NCBI GenBank assembly: GCA_963845145.1
Contig: CAWJQU010000002.1
Location: forward strand, 64,001 to 128,000
Direction: 5' to 3'
Length of the DNA: 64,000 bases
DNA from: an uncultured delta proteobacterium
Lineage (GTDB): Bacteria > Desulfobacterota > Desulfobacteria > Desulfobacterales > QNYZ01
The notes under the pieces were generated by a model, which did no database searches, was not told the DNA's origin, and worked only from the letters and a program-made list of their open reading frames with translations. Shown here piece by piece: positions 53,519 to 64,000 of the stretch. The position numbers and the translations under genes are program-made. Every line of letters begins with the position of its first letter. The stretch's first letter is position 1.

Positions 53519-53547
53519 GTCAATAGTCGACCCAATAAGGTCTACGA

Positions 53548-53757
53548 TCAGCTCTGATACTTAAAAGAAAGGTTGACTCGGGCACGATAAGCCGTCACCT
53601 TGCCATCCTCCAACTTCATGTCAAGTTGGCCTACCTCAGCCACCCTCAGGTCCTTTAAACTCTGGCCAGCTGTTTCAACGGCATTTTTGGCCGCTTCTTC
53701 CCATGAAGTCTCACTCGTTCCAACCAGCTGGATCACTTTGTACACACTGTCCGCCAT
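53548..53757 (-). CDS. Dodecin family protein
   Basis: VYKVIQLVGTS.TSWEEAA.NAV...YRA...LSFK; AGGAGG RBS. Confidence 0.9.
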   Translation of the reverse strand: MADSVYKVIQLVGTSETSWEEAAKNAVETAGQSLKDLRVAEVGQLDMKLEDGKVTAYRARVNLSFKYQS

Positions 53758-54133
53758 TACATCCTCCTTTTCTCGGATTGATAGATCGCTTCGACCTACA
53801 TCCTTCATTTATTAAGGTGAGTATTTGCCGAGACTGTTTAAAGTATAGCCTAAAAATAGTATTCCTGTCAAATACGAGCGACGGCATGGATGTCCACGGT
53901 AGGGAGCCTGAATCGATTGTTTCTCATCGCCCTATTGGTCATCTCTTAGAAGATCTTTTGCCTGCGGGCCTTTATCGGGTCTGGCTTGACATCGAAAGTC
54001 AATTCCCTTAACAAGAAGATTTCTTTGCAATGTGGGTGTAAAAGGAACACCCTTAATCAACCTGGGATCATTCTGTGATCAATCAGGATGTATGGTTACT
54101 ATCGGCAGGATCGAAAACCACGAAGGCTTTCCA

Positions 54134-56167
54134 ATGAGTACAAAAAGACCGATCAACAAAATAAGAAACATCGGAATTATCGCCCATATCGATGCGGGCA
54201 AAACCACGGTGACCGAACGTATCCTGTTTTATACCGGCCGATCCCACAAGATCGGCGAGGTACATGATGGCGAAGCGGTAATGGACTGGATGCCTGATGA
54301 GCAAGAACGTGGGATTACAATCACATCGGCCGTTACAACATGCCGATGGAAAGATCACGACATTCAGATCATCGACACTCCCGGACATGTCGACTTTACC
54401 ATTGAAGTTGAACGCTCCCTGCGCGTCCTGGATGGTGCCGTGGGGGTTTTTTGCGCCGTGGGGGGCGTTGAGCCTCAATCGGAAACGGTCTGGCGCCAGG
54501 CAGATAAATACAACATCCCCAAAATCGCATTTATTAACAAGCTTGACCGTATTGGTGCCGACTATCATGGATCTGTTAGTATGATTAAAGAGCGCCTCGG
54601 TGCGCTTCCCTTGATTTTACAGCTTCCCGTTGGGGAGACCGATTCATTTGACGGCATTATCGATTTGATTGAAATGAACCAGATCATCTGGAAGAGCGAC
54701 ACTCTGGGAATTGAATATTCAACAGCTGATATTGACGCCGCTTATTTAGAAAAAGCCGAAAAGTGGCGTGAAGCCCTGGTGGAAACCGTGGCCGAGGTGG
54801 ATGACGAAATTATGGAGGCTTATCTGGCCGAGAAGCCGATCGACAATCAGATCCTTCGGGAGGCGATCCGACGGGCGACCATTGATTTGAAACTCGTACC
54901 GGTTCTGTGTGGCTCTGCGCTAAAAAATAAGGGTATTCAACCCCTTCTGGATGCCATCGTTCGTTTCCTGCCCGCGCCGACCGACATCCCTCCCATGACC
55001 GGCGCCCATCCCGAGACCGGTGAACCTGTCATCTGCCCGCCCAATGATAAAGCCCCTTTGTCGGCCTTGATATTCAAAGTATCCATGATGGAAGGACGCA
55101 AATTATCATTTGTAAGGATATACAGCGGCATCCTGGCCGCCGGAGCATCAGTATACAACACCACATTGAAAAAAAACGAAAAGCTGGCCCGGATTTTAAA
55201 AATTCACGCCAATCGCCGAGAGCGCCTGGACAGGACGGGGGCCGGGAGTATTGTGGGCGTCGTCGGCTTAAAAGAATCATCTACCGGAGACAGTTTGTGC
55301 ACTCCGGACCACCCCATTTTGCTGGAGCCCATCGAATCGTATGAGCCGGTCATTTCAGTCGCCATCGAACCCAAAACCCATACCGACCAGGAAAAAATAG
55401 AGCAGGTGTTAGATAAATTCTTGGCCGAGGATCCAACCCTGCGAGTCAAGAACGATGAGGATACCGGTCAGATGATCCTATCCGGAATGGGTGAGCTGCA
55501 CCTTGAGGTCATCATCAGCCGGATGCGACGCGAATTTAACACCAATGTCAATGTGGGTAAGCCCCAGGTGGTTTACCGCGAAACCATCGAAAAAACGACT
55601 GCGGCGCAGGTCATTTTTGACAAAGAAGTGGCCGGGCAGCGCCACTACGGCGATGTAACCATCACGTTAGTTCCATTGCGGCGTGGAACGGCCAACCGCT
55701 TTCGATCCGATATATCAGATGAGTCCATTCCACCTGAATTTATTCCCGCCATTGAAGCAGGAGCGCTTGAATCCCTGGAAAGCGGTGTGTTGATGGGATA
55801 TCCGGCGGTGGATATGGAGATCAGGCTAACCCGGGGGGACCATAAAGAAGGCCTGGGTACAGCCCTGGCCTATAAGGTGGCTGCTTCCATGGCGTGTAAA
55901 GAAGCCATGTCAAAGGCCAACCCATTTTTACTTGACCCGATCATGATAGTTGAAGTTCTGGCACCGGAAAACTTTACCGGAGACGTTATCGGGGATCTTA
56001 ATCAGCGTAGCGGTAAAATCGATTCCATCGAACACCGTCAAGGGCTCCAGGTCATTAAAGCCGTTGTTCCCTTGGCACGAATGTTCGGTTATTCCACGGC
56101 CCTGCGCTCAGCGACCCAGGGAAGAGGCACCTTTACCATGCACTTCTCCCATTTTGACAAAGCCTAA
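54134..56167 (+). CDS. fusA: Elongation factor G paralog (stand-alone)
   Basis: [39 protein letters not shown]; not in an str operon. Confidence 0.92.
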   Translation: MSTKRPINKIRNIGIIAHIDAGKTTVTERILFYTGRSHKIGEVHDGEAVMDWMPDEQERGITITSAVTTCRWKDHDIQIIDTPGHVDFTIEVERSLRVLDGAVGVFCAVGGVEPQSETVWRQADKYNIPKIAFINKLDRIGADYHGSVSMIKERLGALPLILQLPVGETDSFDGIIDLIEMNQIIWKSDTLGIEYSTADIDAAYLEKAEKWREALVETVAEVDDEIMEAYLAEKPIDNQILREAIRRATIDLKLVPVLCGSALKNKGIQPLLDAIVRFLPAPTDIPPMTGAHPETGEPVICPPNDKAPLSALIFKVSMMEGRKLSFVRIYSGILAAGASVYNTTLKKNEKLARILKIHANRRERLDRTGAGSIVGVVGLKESSTGDSLCTPDHPILLEPIESYEPVISVAIEPKTHTDQEKIEQVLDKFLAEDPTLRVKNDEDTGQMILSGMGELHLEVIISRMRREFNTNVNVGKPQVVYRETIEKTTAAQVIFDKEVAGQRHYGDVTITLVPLRRGTANRFRSDISDESIPPEFIPAIEAGALESLESGVLMGYPAVDMEIRLTRGDHKEGLGTALAYKVAASMACKEAMSKANPFLLDPIMIVEVLAPENFTGDVIGDLNQRSGKIDSIEHRQGLQVIKAVVPLARMFGYSTALRSATQGRGTFTMHFSHFDKA

Positions 56168-56257
56168 CGGCTTGCCGACCACCGATTTCCCATCGTCCTG
56201 GCGGGTCTCACTGCGATCATCCGTTCTCTCGCGTAAGACCGTTCTTCGTAAGATTAG

Positions 56258-57688
56258 CTATTCCGGCTTGTTTTTCCGCTGATGTGCCTGTTCTTCCCGC
56301 AACGCTTCAAGCAGGGCTTCAATCGTCCCCTTTCGCTCGGCTGTATTGGCTAAAGCCAGCGCTTTTTCGAGCTGGACAATCGCCTGGTCAACCTTACCCC
56401 GCTGATGGTGATACCGACCCAGGTGGTAATGCGCTTCCGCCATATTCCCTTGTTGACCATAGGCCTGCCCAGCAAAATACATAAGGTCTCGATGATTCGC
56501 ATTGATCTTGACGAGTTCTTTAAAAACGGCAATGGCCTCGGCTGGTCTTTTTTGGGCCAGATGCGTCCGTCCCAAATAATATAATCCATCGGAATTATGA
56601 GCATCGATGGCCATGGCGCTCTCCAGGATCTTAAGGCTCTCCGAAAACCGCCCCCCCTGGAAATATACCCGTCCCAGATCGATAAGCAATTGCGAATCAA
56701 AAGCCCGTTGGGCGAGTGTTTTTTTTAGATAGCCGGCGGACTCAATAAAACGACCGGACCGGGCCAGGATCAATCCATAGCCATAATTTGCCAAGGGGTC
56801 CATGGGTTGCTTTTTTACACTTTCAGCGTAAAACCGCATCTCCTGCTCTTTGTCGCCATACAGCGCCTTCACCCGTGTCCGAATCCAATCAAATTCCATC
56901 TGTTCCTGCGGCGAAATGGCTTTGGGCAAATCCACCTGACGCTCGGTCCAGGCGCTGATATATGCGATACGCTCTTCGGAGGCCGGATGCGTTCTCAAAT
57001 ACGTCGGAACTTCGCGGGTCCCATACCACTGCTTTTCCCTGATTTTTTTCATCACCGCCACAAGCCCTTCGGGACGATAACCAGCGCGGGTCAGCACCTT
57101 TAGCCCCAGTTGATCGGCTTGCATTTCGTCTTCACGACTGTAGGCCAAGGCCATGGATTGTCCAGTGGCCATAGAGCCAATGGCCAGGGCCGTAGCTGCC
57201 GATCCCCCGCCGGCGGCTCCCAGGGCAATGGCTGCTACCAAACCTGCCAGTGTTACGACCCCGATCTGTTTGGAACGATCAATCCGATCCGATATATGCC
57301 GGCTGGTCACATGCATCATTTCATGGGCCACGATCCCTGCCAATTCGCCGGGTGTTTCCATAGCGGCCAGCAAATCGCTGAAAATAAAAATAACCCCACC
57401 AGGCCCGGCAAAGGCATTGTACCCATTCCTTTGAATCAGGAAAAACCGAAATTGATAAGGCTGTGGTGGCAATTCTGCGGCGATTCGTTTCCCAACGGTA
57501 TTTAAATAGTCCACCAGCACCGGGTCTTCAATAAATGTGAATTGCCGGGTCGCTTCGCGCATGAATTTATCGGAAAGCTTTTCCTCCTCCGATACGGTAA
57601 TGGCAAACGCGGGGGGTAATCGCAACGGTATCGTCAACCATGAAACAATGGTTAACCATATGATTATATTTCTATATTTCTTCATCAT
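56258..57688 (-). CDS. M48 metalloprotease with TPRs (BepA-like)
   Basis: Signal peptide, NAFA.PGG, HEMMH, YSR.DE.QAD, THP, TPRs. Confidence 0.9.
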   Translation of the reverse strand: MMKKYRNIIIWLTIVSWLTIPLRLPPAFAITVSEEEKLSDKFMREATRQFTFIEDPVLVDYLNTVGKRIAAELPPQPYQFRFFLIQRNGYNAFAGPGGVIFIFSDLLAAMETPGELAGIVAHEMMHVTSRHISDRIDRSKQIGVVTLAGLVAAIALGAAGGGSAATALAIGSMATGQSMALAYSREDEMQADQLGLKVLTRAGYRPEGLVAVMKKIREKQWYGTREVPTYLRTHPASEERIAYISAWTERQVDLPKAISPQEQMEFDWIRTRVKALYGDKEQEMRFYAESVKKQPMDPLANYGYGLILARSGRFIESAGYLKKTLAQRAFDSQLLIDLGRVYFQGGRFSESLKILESAMAIDAHNSDGLYYLGRTHLAQKRPAEAIAVFKELVKINANHRDLMYFAGQAYGQQGNMAEAHYHLGRYHHQRGKVDQAIVQLEKALALANTAERKGTIEALLEALREEQAHQRKNKPE

Positions 57689-57809
57689 CGAATAACCGCC
57701 TGGTCTGGTTGCCACATAATATGGCCATTCCATAATTATAACTATAATGGACTATAACACCACGGTTGAATGTTTTCAATTTTAAGGGTTTTGTGGTAGG
57801 GTTTCGCCC

Positions 57810-58586
57810 ATGGCACGAAAAATATGCATAGCAAACCAAAAAGGCGGGGTGGGCAAAACGACCACTGCCATCAACCTGTCAGCCTCACTGGCCGTGGCTG
57901 AAAAAAAGACGCTACTGGTGGATTGCGATCCCCAGGGAAACGCCACAACCGGTATGGGCATTCACAAAAAGAACCTGAATAAAAACCTATATCATGGCAT
58001 GATCGGCACGGCTGAAGCCGAAGAGCTCATTATTGATACGGGTATCGATACCTTGAAAATGATTCCATCGCAGGTGGAACTGATCGGGTTTGAGGTAGAG
58101 ATGATGGATCAACCAGGTCGAAACAGCGCATTGCGGAATCTACTCAACAAAATAGCACCGGCGTTTGATTACATTATTATCGATTGTCCGCCTTCTTTAA
58201 GTTTGTTGACCGTCAACGCCCTGGCCGCTGCCGATGGTATGTTGATCCCGCTGCAATGTGAATTTTATGCGCTTGAAGGCCTTGGTCAACTGATAGATAC
58301 CTACAAAAGGATCCAAAAACAGATCAACCCGCGCCTCACCATCGCCGGTATATTGCTGACAATGTTCGATAAACGGACAAATCTGGCCAACCAGGTTGCC
58401 GCCGAGGCTGATAAATATTTCCGTCAATTGGTTTTCAAAACGCGAATCCCGCGCAACGTGCGTTTGGGTGAAGCGCCGAGCCATGGCAAACCGATTTTGC
58501 TCTACGATGCCCTGTCGGCCGGCGCCCGGAGCTATCTTGAATTGGCCAAAGAAATATTAAACGGTCACTTGAAGGCTTCCAGTTGA
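57810..58586 (+). CDS. parA: Chromosome partitioning ATPase ParA/Soj
   Basis: NQKGGVGKTT, DCDPQGN, DCPPSL, IPRNVRL.EAPS. Confidence 0.96.
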   Translation: MARKICIANQKGGVGKTTTAINLSASLAVAEKKTLLVDCDPQGNATTGMGIHKKNLNKNLYHGMIGTAEAEELIIDTGIDTLKMIPSQVELIGFEVEMMDQPGRNSALRNLLNKIAPAFDYIIIDCPPSLSLLTVNALAAADGMLIPLQCEFYALEGLGQLIDTYKRIQKQINPRLTIAGILLTMFDKRTNLANQVAAEADKYFRQLVFKTRIPRNVRLGEAPSHGKPILLYDALSAGARSYLELAKEILNGHLKASS

Positions 58587-58629
58587 AATCACTTACCGAT
58601 TGCATTACTCACTTAACTTTTTGGAAACC

Positions 58630-59529
58630 ATGAACACAAAAAAAACGGTAAAACCACCGGCTGTTCCGCCGAAAAAACGTAAAAAAATGGCCCTGGGCAA
58701 GGGGATCGGAGCGCTGATTCCCGAATTTGACGAAGGCGAGCTCAAACAACCCGATTTTTTCCGGTGTGAGATCGACCGCATTCATCCCAATCGTTATCAA
58801 CCCCGCAAGCATTTCAAACGAGAAGAATTGGACGAACTGGCCCGGTCTATTGAAACCCAGGGGATCCTGCAACCGCTATTGGTTCGCCCCGACACCGTCG
58901 ATTATGAACTCATCGCAGGAGAAAGACGCCTTCGCGCCGCAAAACTGGCCGGCATGACCGAAGTGCCGGTTGTGGTTAAACACATTTCCGATGCCGAGTT
59001 GCTGGAAGCCGCCCTCATTGAAAATATTCAGCGCGAAAACCTCAACCCGATCGAAGAAGCTGAAGCGTATCATCGTTTGATGACCGAATTTGACCTGACC
59101 CAGGATCAAACCGCCCGACGGGTTGGGAAAAGCCGCTCTGCCGTGGCCAACTTTTTACGGCTTCGGCAGTTACCCGAATCCATAAAAGAAAGTATGATGG
59201 ATGAGCAACTGAGCATGGGTCACGCCCGGGCGCTTCTGACATGTGGCAATAGCGCCCGGCAGGAGATGATTTGCCAAGAGATTTTGAAAAAAGGCCTATC
59301 CGTTCGACAAACGGAAGCGCTGGTCAAACGGCTGAAAGCCGATATAAAACCGACCCAAAAACAAACTTCAGACCCCAATCGGATCTATTTTGCCGGATTG
59401 GCCGAGGGTCTGTCACGCGACTTGGGCACCAAGGTACACATCAACCGCCGCGGCAAAAAGGGAACGGTCAACATCGAGTTTTACAGTGATGATGATCTCG
59501 ACCGGCTGATCGAGCACCTTCGCCGATAG
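58630..59529 (+). CDS. parB: Chromosome partitioning protein ParB/Spo0J
   Basis: LGKG..AL, QPR, IAGERR, ENIQRE.LNP, GHARAL. Confidence 0.96.
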   Translation: MNTKKTVKPPAVPPKKRKKMALGKGIGALIPEFDEGELKQPDFFRCEIDRIHPNRYQPRKHFKREELDELARSIETQGILQPLLVRPDTVDYELIAGERRLRAAKLAGMTEVPVVVKHISDAELLEAALIENIQRENLNPIEEAEAYHRLMTEFDLTQDQTARRVGKSRSAVANFLRLRQLPESIKESMMDEQLSMGHARALLTCGNSARQEMICQEILKKGLSVRQTEALVKRLKADIKPTQKQTSDPNRIYFAGLAEGLSRDLGTKVHINRRGKKGTVNIEFYSDDDLDRLIEHLRR

Positions 59530-59532
59530 GCC

Positions 59533-60054
59533 ATGTCGATTCACATTATCATCGACGGTTACAATCTGATTCGCCAATCCAACGACCTTTCCTATTTGGA
59601 CGAACAGGACATCAAACTCGGCCGTGACGCACTGATTGACCAGCTGGTTCAATACAAGCGTCTGAAAGGTCACCGGATTACGGTCGTATTTGATGGCCAA
59701 AATGCACCCACGGCTTCCACCCGAAAAATCAGCTTTCAGGGAATTGACATCCGCTTTTCATCCATGGGAGAATTGGCCGATACCGTCATAAAGAAAATGG
59801 CTGCCAGGGAGAAAGAGCGAGCGTTGGTGGTGACTTCGGACCGGGAGATTGAATCGGATGCCCTGGCCCACAAGGCCAGCGTCATCGGCTCTCCAGTATT
59901 TGAAGCAAAACTGGTCATGGCCCAATACGCCATGCAAAAGGGGGGTGTGGAAGACGACACCCGGGGCTGGAAACCCACGACCCAAAAGAAAGGGCCACGA
60001 AAAAAATTGTCAAAAAAAGCCCGAAAAACCCGCGCCAAAATGGGTAAATTGTAA
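59533..60054 (+). CDS. NYN-domain protein (YacP/Rae1-like)
   Basis: IIDGYN, VVFDG, AD..I, VVTSD. Confidence 0.88.
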   Translation: MSIHIIIDGYNLIRQSNDLSYLDEQDIKLGRDALIDQLVQYKRLKGHRITVVFDGQNAPTASTRKISFQGIDIRFSSMGELADTVIKKMAAREKERALVVTSDREIESDALAHKASVIGSPVFEAKLVMAQYAMQKGGVEDDTRGWKPTTQKKGPRKKLSKKARKTRAKMGKL

Positions 60055-60503
60055 TGATATTCAACCGTATGAAAAATAAGTTAAAATCAATTTGTGTCAT
60101 AGACGGTCAAGGTGGTGGCATCGGTAGCCATATTATCAAGCAACTACGGCACCATTTTCAGGACACCATTGAAATCGTCGCCCTCGGGACCAATGCCATT
60201 GCCGTAGCGCAGATGCTCAAAGCACGGGCCAATCGGGGTGCATCAGGGCAAAATGCCATTGTCCAGACCGTCAAGCAGGTAGACATCATAACCGGGCCTA
60301 TCGCCATTTTGGCGGCCCATGCCATGATGGGAGAAATCACACCCAAAATGGCCGAAGCGATCGCGGCCAGCCCAGCGCACAAGCTGTTAATCCCGCTATC
60401 GAAAGAACGCATCACCATTGTCGGCATTCAAGCGCTACCGCTACCACGCTTGGTGGAAACGATGATTATCGATGAACTAAAGCCCTATTTGGAGAATAAT
60501 TAA
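60054..60503 (+). CDS. DUF3842 family protein
   Basis: VIDGQGGGIG, ALGTN.IA...MLKA.A..GASG.NAI, GEITP.MA. Confidence 0.82.
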   Translation: MIFNRMKNKLKSICVIDGQGGGIGSHIIKQLRHHFQDTIEIVALGTNAIAVAQMLKARANRGASGQNAIVQTVKQVDIITGPIAILAAHAMMGEITPKMAEAIAASPAHKLLIPLSKERITIVGIQALPLPRLVETMIIDELKPYLENN

Positions 60504-60514
60504 CGGAGTTAATC

Positions 60515-60709
60515 ATGTGTGAAGCCAACGCCTATACCCTTGATAATGGAGAAGAGACCCTGTTCATGGAAGCCGTGGATACCGTGGCGCCCGATGGCGA
60601 GGGGTTACGCTTGACCAGCATTTTTGGCGAGCAAAAATTTATCAAGGCCCACATTCATGCGCTTTCCCTGGTCAATCACAAAGTGCTTCTCATGCCGGAG
60701 ACGGACTAA
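60515..60709 (+). CDS. CooT-family nickel-binding protein
   Basis: MCEANAY...IFGE...L..H pattern, 64 aa. Confidence 0.82.
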   Translation: MCEANAYTLDNGEETLFMEAVDTVAPDGEGLRLTSIFGEQKFIKAHIHALSLVNHKVLLMPETD

Positions 60710-60748
60710 TCGGATGGTTCCCCGCCTGAAACAGACCGCGCACCTTCA

Positions 60749-62482
60749 ATGAAGATAACCATCGCCCAAACAGCCGGTTTCTGTATGGGGGTCCGCCGGG
60801 CTGTGGAGATGGTGCTGGATACGCCCGGTAAACATGAAGGGCCGATATATACCTACGGTCCTTTGATTCACAACCCTCAGGTGCTGGATCTTTTGGCGGA
60901 AAAGGGAATTACGGTCCTTTCCGACATTCCTTCAAAAGGCGTGGGCACGGTCTTGATCCGCGCCCACGGTGTTCCTCCTGAAAAAAAAGAGAAATTGGTA
61001 CAAGCCGGATTTACCGTCCTTGATGCCACCTGCCCTCGGGTCATCCGCGTCCAGGTCATCATCAAAAAGCACGCCAAAAAAGGGTACACCACTATTATCG
61101 TCGGCAACCGGGATCATCCCGAAGTCATCGGCCTGATGGGCTATGCCGGACCCGACCGCCATGTCGTTGATAGCCTGGAGGAATTAGAAACCCTGCCATC
61201 TTTTGCAAAAGCCGTCGTGGTTGCCCAGACCACTCAAAATGAGCAACTCTACGGTAAGATCGAAAAGTGGGTGGACAGGACGCATCCCCACTACAAAATC
61301 TTTACAACGATTTGCAACTCCACGTCCAAACGCCAGGCCGAGGTTAGTCATTTAGCTGTAGCCACGGATGCGATGGTTGTTGTCGGCGGTCGTGAGAGCG
61401 GAAATACCCGCCGCCTGGCCGACATCGCCGGAAAAACAGGCAAACCGGTCCAGCAGATCGAAACGGAAGAGGACTTGGACCTGTCGGTTTTCGAAAATGC
61501 AACCCATGTGGGAATTACGGCCGGGGCATCGACGCCCAACTGGATGATCACCCGGGTATTCAGGACCCTGGAAAAAATGTCGGTTAAAAAGGGTCGCTCC
61601 TGGTACCGGGTCCTTTTCATCACGCTCCGTGCATTACTGCTGACCAATACTTATGTGGCCCTGGGTGCCGGATGTCTCAGTTTCGCCTGCGCCACGCTAC
61701 AGGGACTGAATGCATCGTTTGACTATGTGCTCGTGGCCATGCTCTACGTCTTTTCCATGCATATCCTTAACCACCTCATTGGCCGCCAGGCCGACCGTTT
61801 CAATGACCCAGGGCGGGCCTATTTTTATAAGGAATATCGGCCGGCCCTGACCATACTGGCCATCGCCGCAGGAAGTTATGGATTAATCACCGCCGCCATG
61901 ATGGGCCCTTTGCCCTTTTCAATCCTGTTGACCATGAGCCTTTTGGGTCTGTCGTACAATTTACGACTAGTACCGGTCCTGACCAAGCCCCACCGTTACC
62001 GGCGCATCCGAGATATTCCCGGCTCCAAGACAATTCTCATTGCACTGGCCTGGGGAGTTGCCACGACCGTACTGCCTGCTTTGGTCATCAATGGTAAAAT
62101 ATCGACGGCAACAGTGATCGTTTTTATCTGGTCTACGGCCCTGGTATTTGCGCGAACCGCATTTTTCGATATTCTTGACATGCAGGGCGATCGTATCATC
62201 GGACGGGAAACAATTCCGCTCATTTACGGTCAAAAAACGACCACCCGCCTGCTGAAGCGGCTCCTCATCGGCCTGCCGTTTTTTTTAACCCTGTCAGCCG
62301 CCTTTTCACTGGTGACGAGCCTGGGCGTCGCTTTGACGATCAGCCCCCTGCTTTTGTTTATCGTGATCTTTATTCACGAAAAAAGGCACCTGTTACCCGG
62401 GATTCGATTGGAGTTTTACGTAGAGTCCGCATTTATCCTGGCGGGCTTTATTACCGTTTTATGGATACTGATGACGACCTGA
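60749..62482 (+). CDS. ispH: IspH (LytB) fused to UbiA-like prenyltransferase domain
   Basis: GFCMGV, DATCP, HPEV, TICNST, TAGASTP; multi-TM C-terminus with DILDMQGD. Confidence 0.92.
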   Translation: MKITIAQTAGFCMGVRRAVEMVLDTPGKHEGPIYTYGPLIHNPQVLDLLAEKGITVLSDIPSKGVGTVLIRAHGVPPEKKEKLVQAGFTVLDATCPRVIRVQVIIKKHAKKGYTTIIVGNRDHPEVIGLMGYAGPDRHVVDSLEELETLPSFAKAVVVAQTTQNEQLYGKIEKWVDRTHPHYKIFTTICNSTSKRQAEVSHLAVATDAMVVVGGRESGNTRRLADIAGKTGKPVQQIETEEDLDLSVFENATHVGITAGASTPNWMITRVFRTLEKMSVKKGRSWYRVLFITLRALLLTNTYVALGAGCLSFACATLQGLNASFDYVLVAMLYVFSMHILNHLIGRQADRFNDPGRAYFYKEYRPALTILAIAAGSYGLITAAMMGPLPFSILLTMSLLGLSYNLRLVPVLTKPHRYRRIRDIPGSKTILIALAWGVATTVLPALVINGKISTATVIVFIWSTALVFARTAFFDILDMQGDRIIGRETIPLIYGQKTTTRLLKRLLIGLPFFLTLSAAFSLVTSLGVALTISPLLLFIVIFIHEKRHLLPGIRLEFYVESAFILAGFITVLWILMTT

Positions 62483-62483
62483 T

Positions 62484-62777
62484 ATGGCAGCGATGGACAT
62501 GGCAACGACAAATTACGAAATCACGGATGTTATAGATCTGCATACCTTCAATCCAAAAGAGGTCGGCGACTTAATCGATGATTATCTGCAAGCCTGTCTG
62601 GAAAAAAAGATCGAAACCGTCCGGATTATTCATGGCAAGGGGACCGGGATATTGAAACGTCGCGTGCAGAGCATTCTGTCCCGTCACCCGCAGGTAAAGA
62701 ATTTTGTGACGGCACCTCCGGAAGCCGGTGGATGGGGAGCGACCCTGGTTCAACTAAAATCGGCACACCTAAAATAA
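62484..62777 (+). CDS. Smr-domain protein
   Basis: IDLH, IIHGKGTGIL, GGWGAT. Confidence 0.92.
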   Translation: MAAMDMATTNYEITDVIDLHTFNPKEVGDLIDDYLQACLEKKIETVRIIHGKGTGILKRRVQSILSRHPQVKNFVTAPPEAGGWGATLVQLKSAHLK

Positions 62778-62795
62778 GAAATTGGAGAGCCTTCA

Positions 62796-64000
62796 ATGGA
62801 AAAAAAACAAAGATCAGTATGGGGATGGGCGCTCTATGACTGGGCCAACTCGGCCTATTTTGTCACGGTTATTTCTGGGTTTTTCCCAATTTTTTTTAAA
62901 GTTTATTGGAGTCAGGGAGTCAATGCCAATGTGAGCACAGCCCGGTTGGGTATCGCCAACGGTATCGCCAGCCTGGTCGTGGCGCTGATCGCGCCTTTCT
63001 TGGGTGCCATCGCCGATAAAAGCGATACCCGCAAATCGTTTTTACTCATATTTGCTTACTTAGGCGTATTGATGTCGGCATCATTATTCCTCGTGGGAAA
63101 AGGCCAATGGATATTAGCTGTGTTTTGCTATTGTTTGGGAACCATTGGTGTATCCGGCTCCAATATATTCTACGATTCATTGCTTCCCAGTGTGGCCGAA
63201 AAAGACCGTATCCACTATGTCTCCTGTTTGGGATACTCAATGGGGTATTTGGGCGGGGGGTTGTTGTTTCTATTCAACGTCCTGATAACCCTTCATCCCT
63301 CCTGGGTGGGACTGGAAGATGCCTCAGCGGCTATTCGCTGGTCCTTTTTATCCGTGGCTGTCTGGTGGGGCGGCTTTACGATTTTTACGATTTTATGGGT
63401 GCCCAAAGGCCAATCGGATGCATCGACTGCGGGTTTGATGGATATCATTAAAGAGGGCTTCGGGCAGGTCTTGAAGACCATCGGGCAAATTCGTCAGCTA
63501 AAAATGGTCTTTTTGTTCTTATTGGCGTACTGGCTGTATATTGACGGCGTTGACACCATTATCCGCATGGCTGTGGACTATGGAATGTCCATTGGATTTG
63601 AAGCCAATGATCTGATTGTGGCGCTTCTACTTGTCCAGTTTGTCGGGTTCCCGGCGGCGCTTGTTTTTGGAAAACTGGGTCAGAAGTGGGGGGCGCGAAG
63701 AATGATATTTGTGGCCATTGGCGTCTACATCTTGGTCACAATCTATGGCACTCTCATGACCCAAAAAATCGACTTTTACATTCTGGCCATTGTTATCGGT
63801 CTGGTTCAGGGTGGCATTCAAGCCCTTAGCCGTTCCTATTACGCCGGATTGATTCCTGAGGGGCAGGAAGCCGAGTTTTACGGCTTTTATAACATGCTCG
63901 GTAAATTTGCCGCCATTATCGGCCCCTTTTTGATGGGCGTCGTAGGGCTCATGGCCCGTCGGTTTCTGATGCCGAGTGCCCCCACGCCGGAACAAGTCAT
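62796..64000 (+). CDS. MFS transporter, UMF1/ATG22-like (3' end outside window)
   Basis: Manually translated start MEKKQRSVWGWALYDWANSA...PFLGAIAD; absent from ORF track, consistent with no stop codon in window. Confidence 0.85.
   Translation, partial: MEKKQRSVWGWALYDWANSAYFVTVISGFFPIFFKVYWSQGVNANVSTARLGIANGIASLVVALIAPFLGAIADKSDTRKSFLLIFAYLGVLMSASLFLVGKGQWILAVFCYCLGTIGVSGSNIFYDSLLPSVAEKDRIHYVSCLGYSMGYLGGGLLFLFNVLITLHPSWVGLEDASAAIRWSFLSVAVWWGGFTIFTILWVPKGQSDASTAGLMDIIKEGFGQVLKTIGQIRQLKMVFLFLLAYWLYIDGVDTIIRMAVDYGMSIGFEANDLIVALLLVQFVGFPAALVFGKLGQKWGARRMIFVAIGVYILVTIYGTLMTQKIDFYILAIVIGLVQGGIQALSRSYYAGLIPEGQEAEFYGFYNMLGKFAAIIGPFLMGVVGLMARRFLMPSAPTPEQV

Noticed and set aside
52906..53547. Integrative element at tRNA-Ala; ORF 52933-53457 starting inside the tRNA
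   Set aside because: No integrase or duplicated tRNA 3' end seen; the likely start is ATG 53002
57734..59529. parS sites or oriC near parAB
   Set aside because: No TGTTTCACGTGAAACA-like palindrome or DnaA-box cluster spotted by eye
63107..63995. Listed ORFs 63107-63451 and 63627-63995
   Set aside because: Alternative frames of the MFS transporter starting at 62796

Overview
64 kb of core chromosome from an anaerobe that is very probably a member of the Desulfobacterota (inferred from gene content: aldehyde:ferredoxin oxidoreductase, acyl-CoA dehydrogenase-ETF-membrane FeS oxidoreductase module, IspH-UbiA fusion, CobA-HemD fusion, selA). About 55 protein-coding genes and one tRNA-Ala(GGC); no IS, prophage or CRISPR array seen. 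Most notable is an unannotated 30-codon leader ORF (600-692, 10 Arg, RRRRRLRR core) with protector, antiterminator and terminator pairings upstream of argG-pyrB-carA-carB, i.e. an apparent ribosome-mediated arginine transcription attenuator. Other highlights: a HesB/IscA-like selenoprotein hidden by an in-frame UGA with a candidate SECIS; an orphan PqqD/HprK-like kinase (frameshifted)/nucleotidyltransferase cassette; three TGAAT-N4-ATTCA operator-like boxes at the fatty-acid TetR promoter; a divergent stand-alone EF-G; and two small unannotated membrane ORFs. All calls come from reading the sequence; no database searches or folding computations were run.
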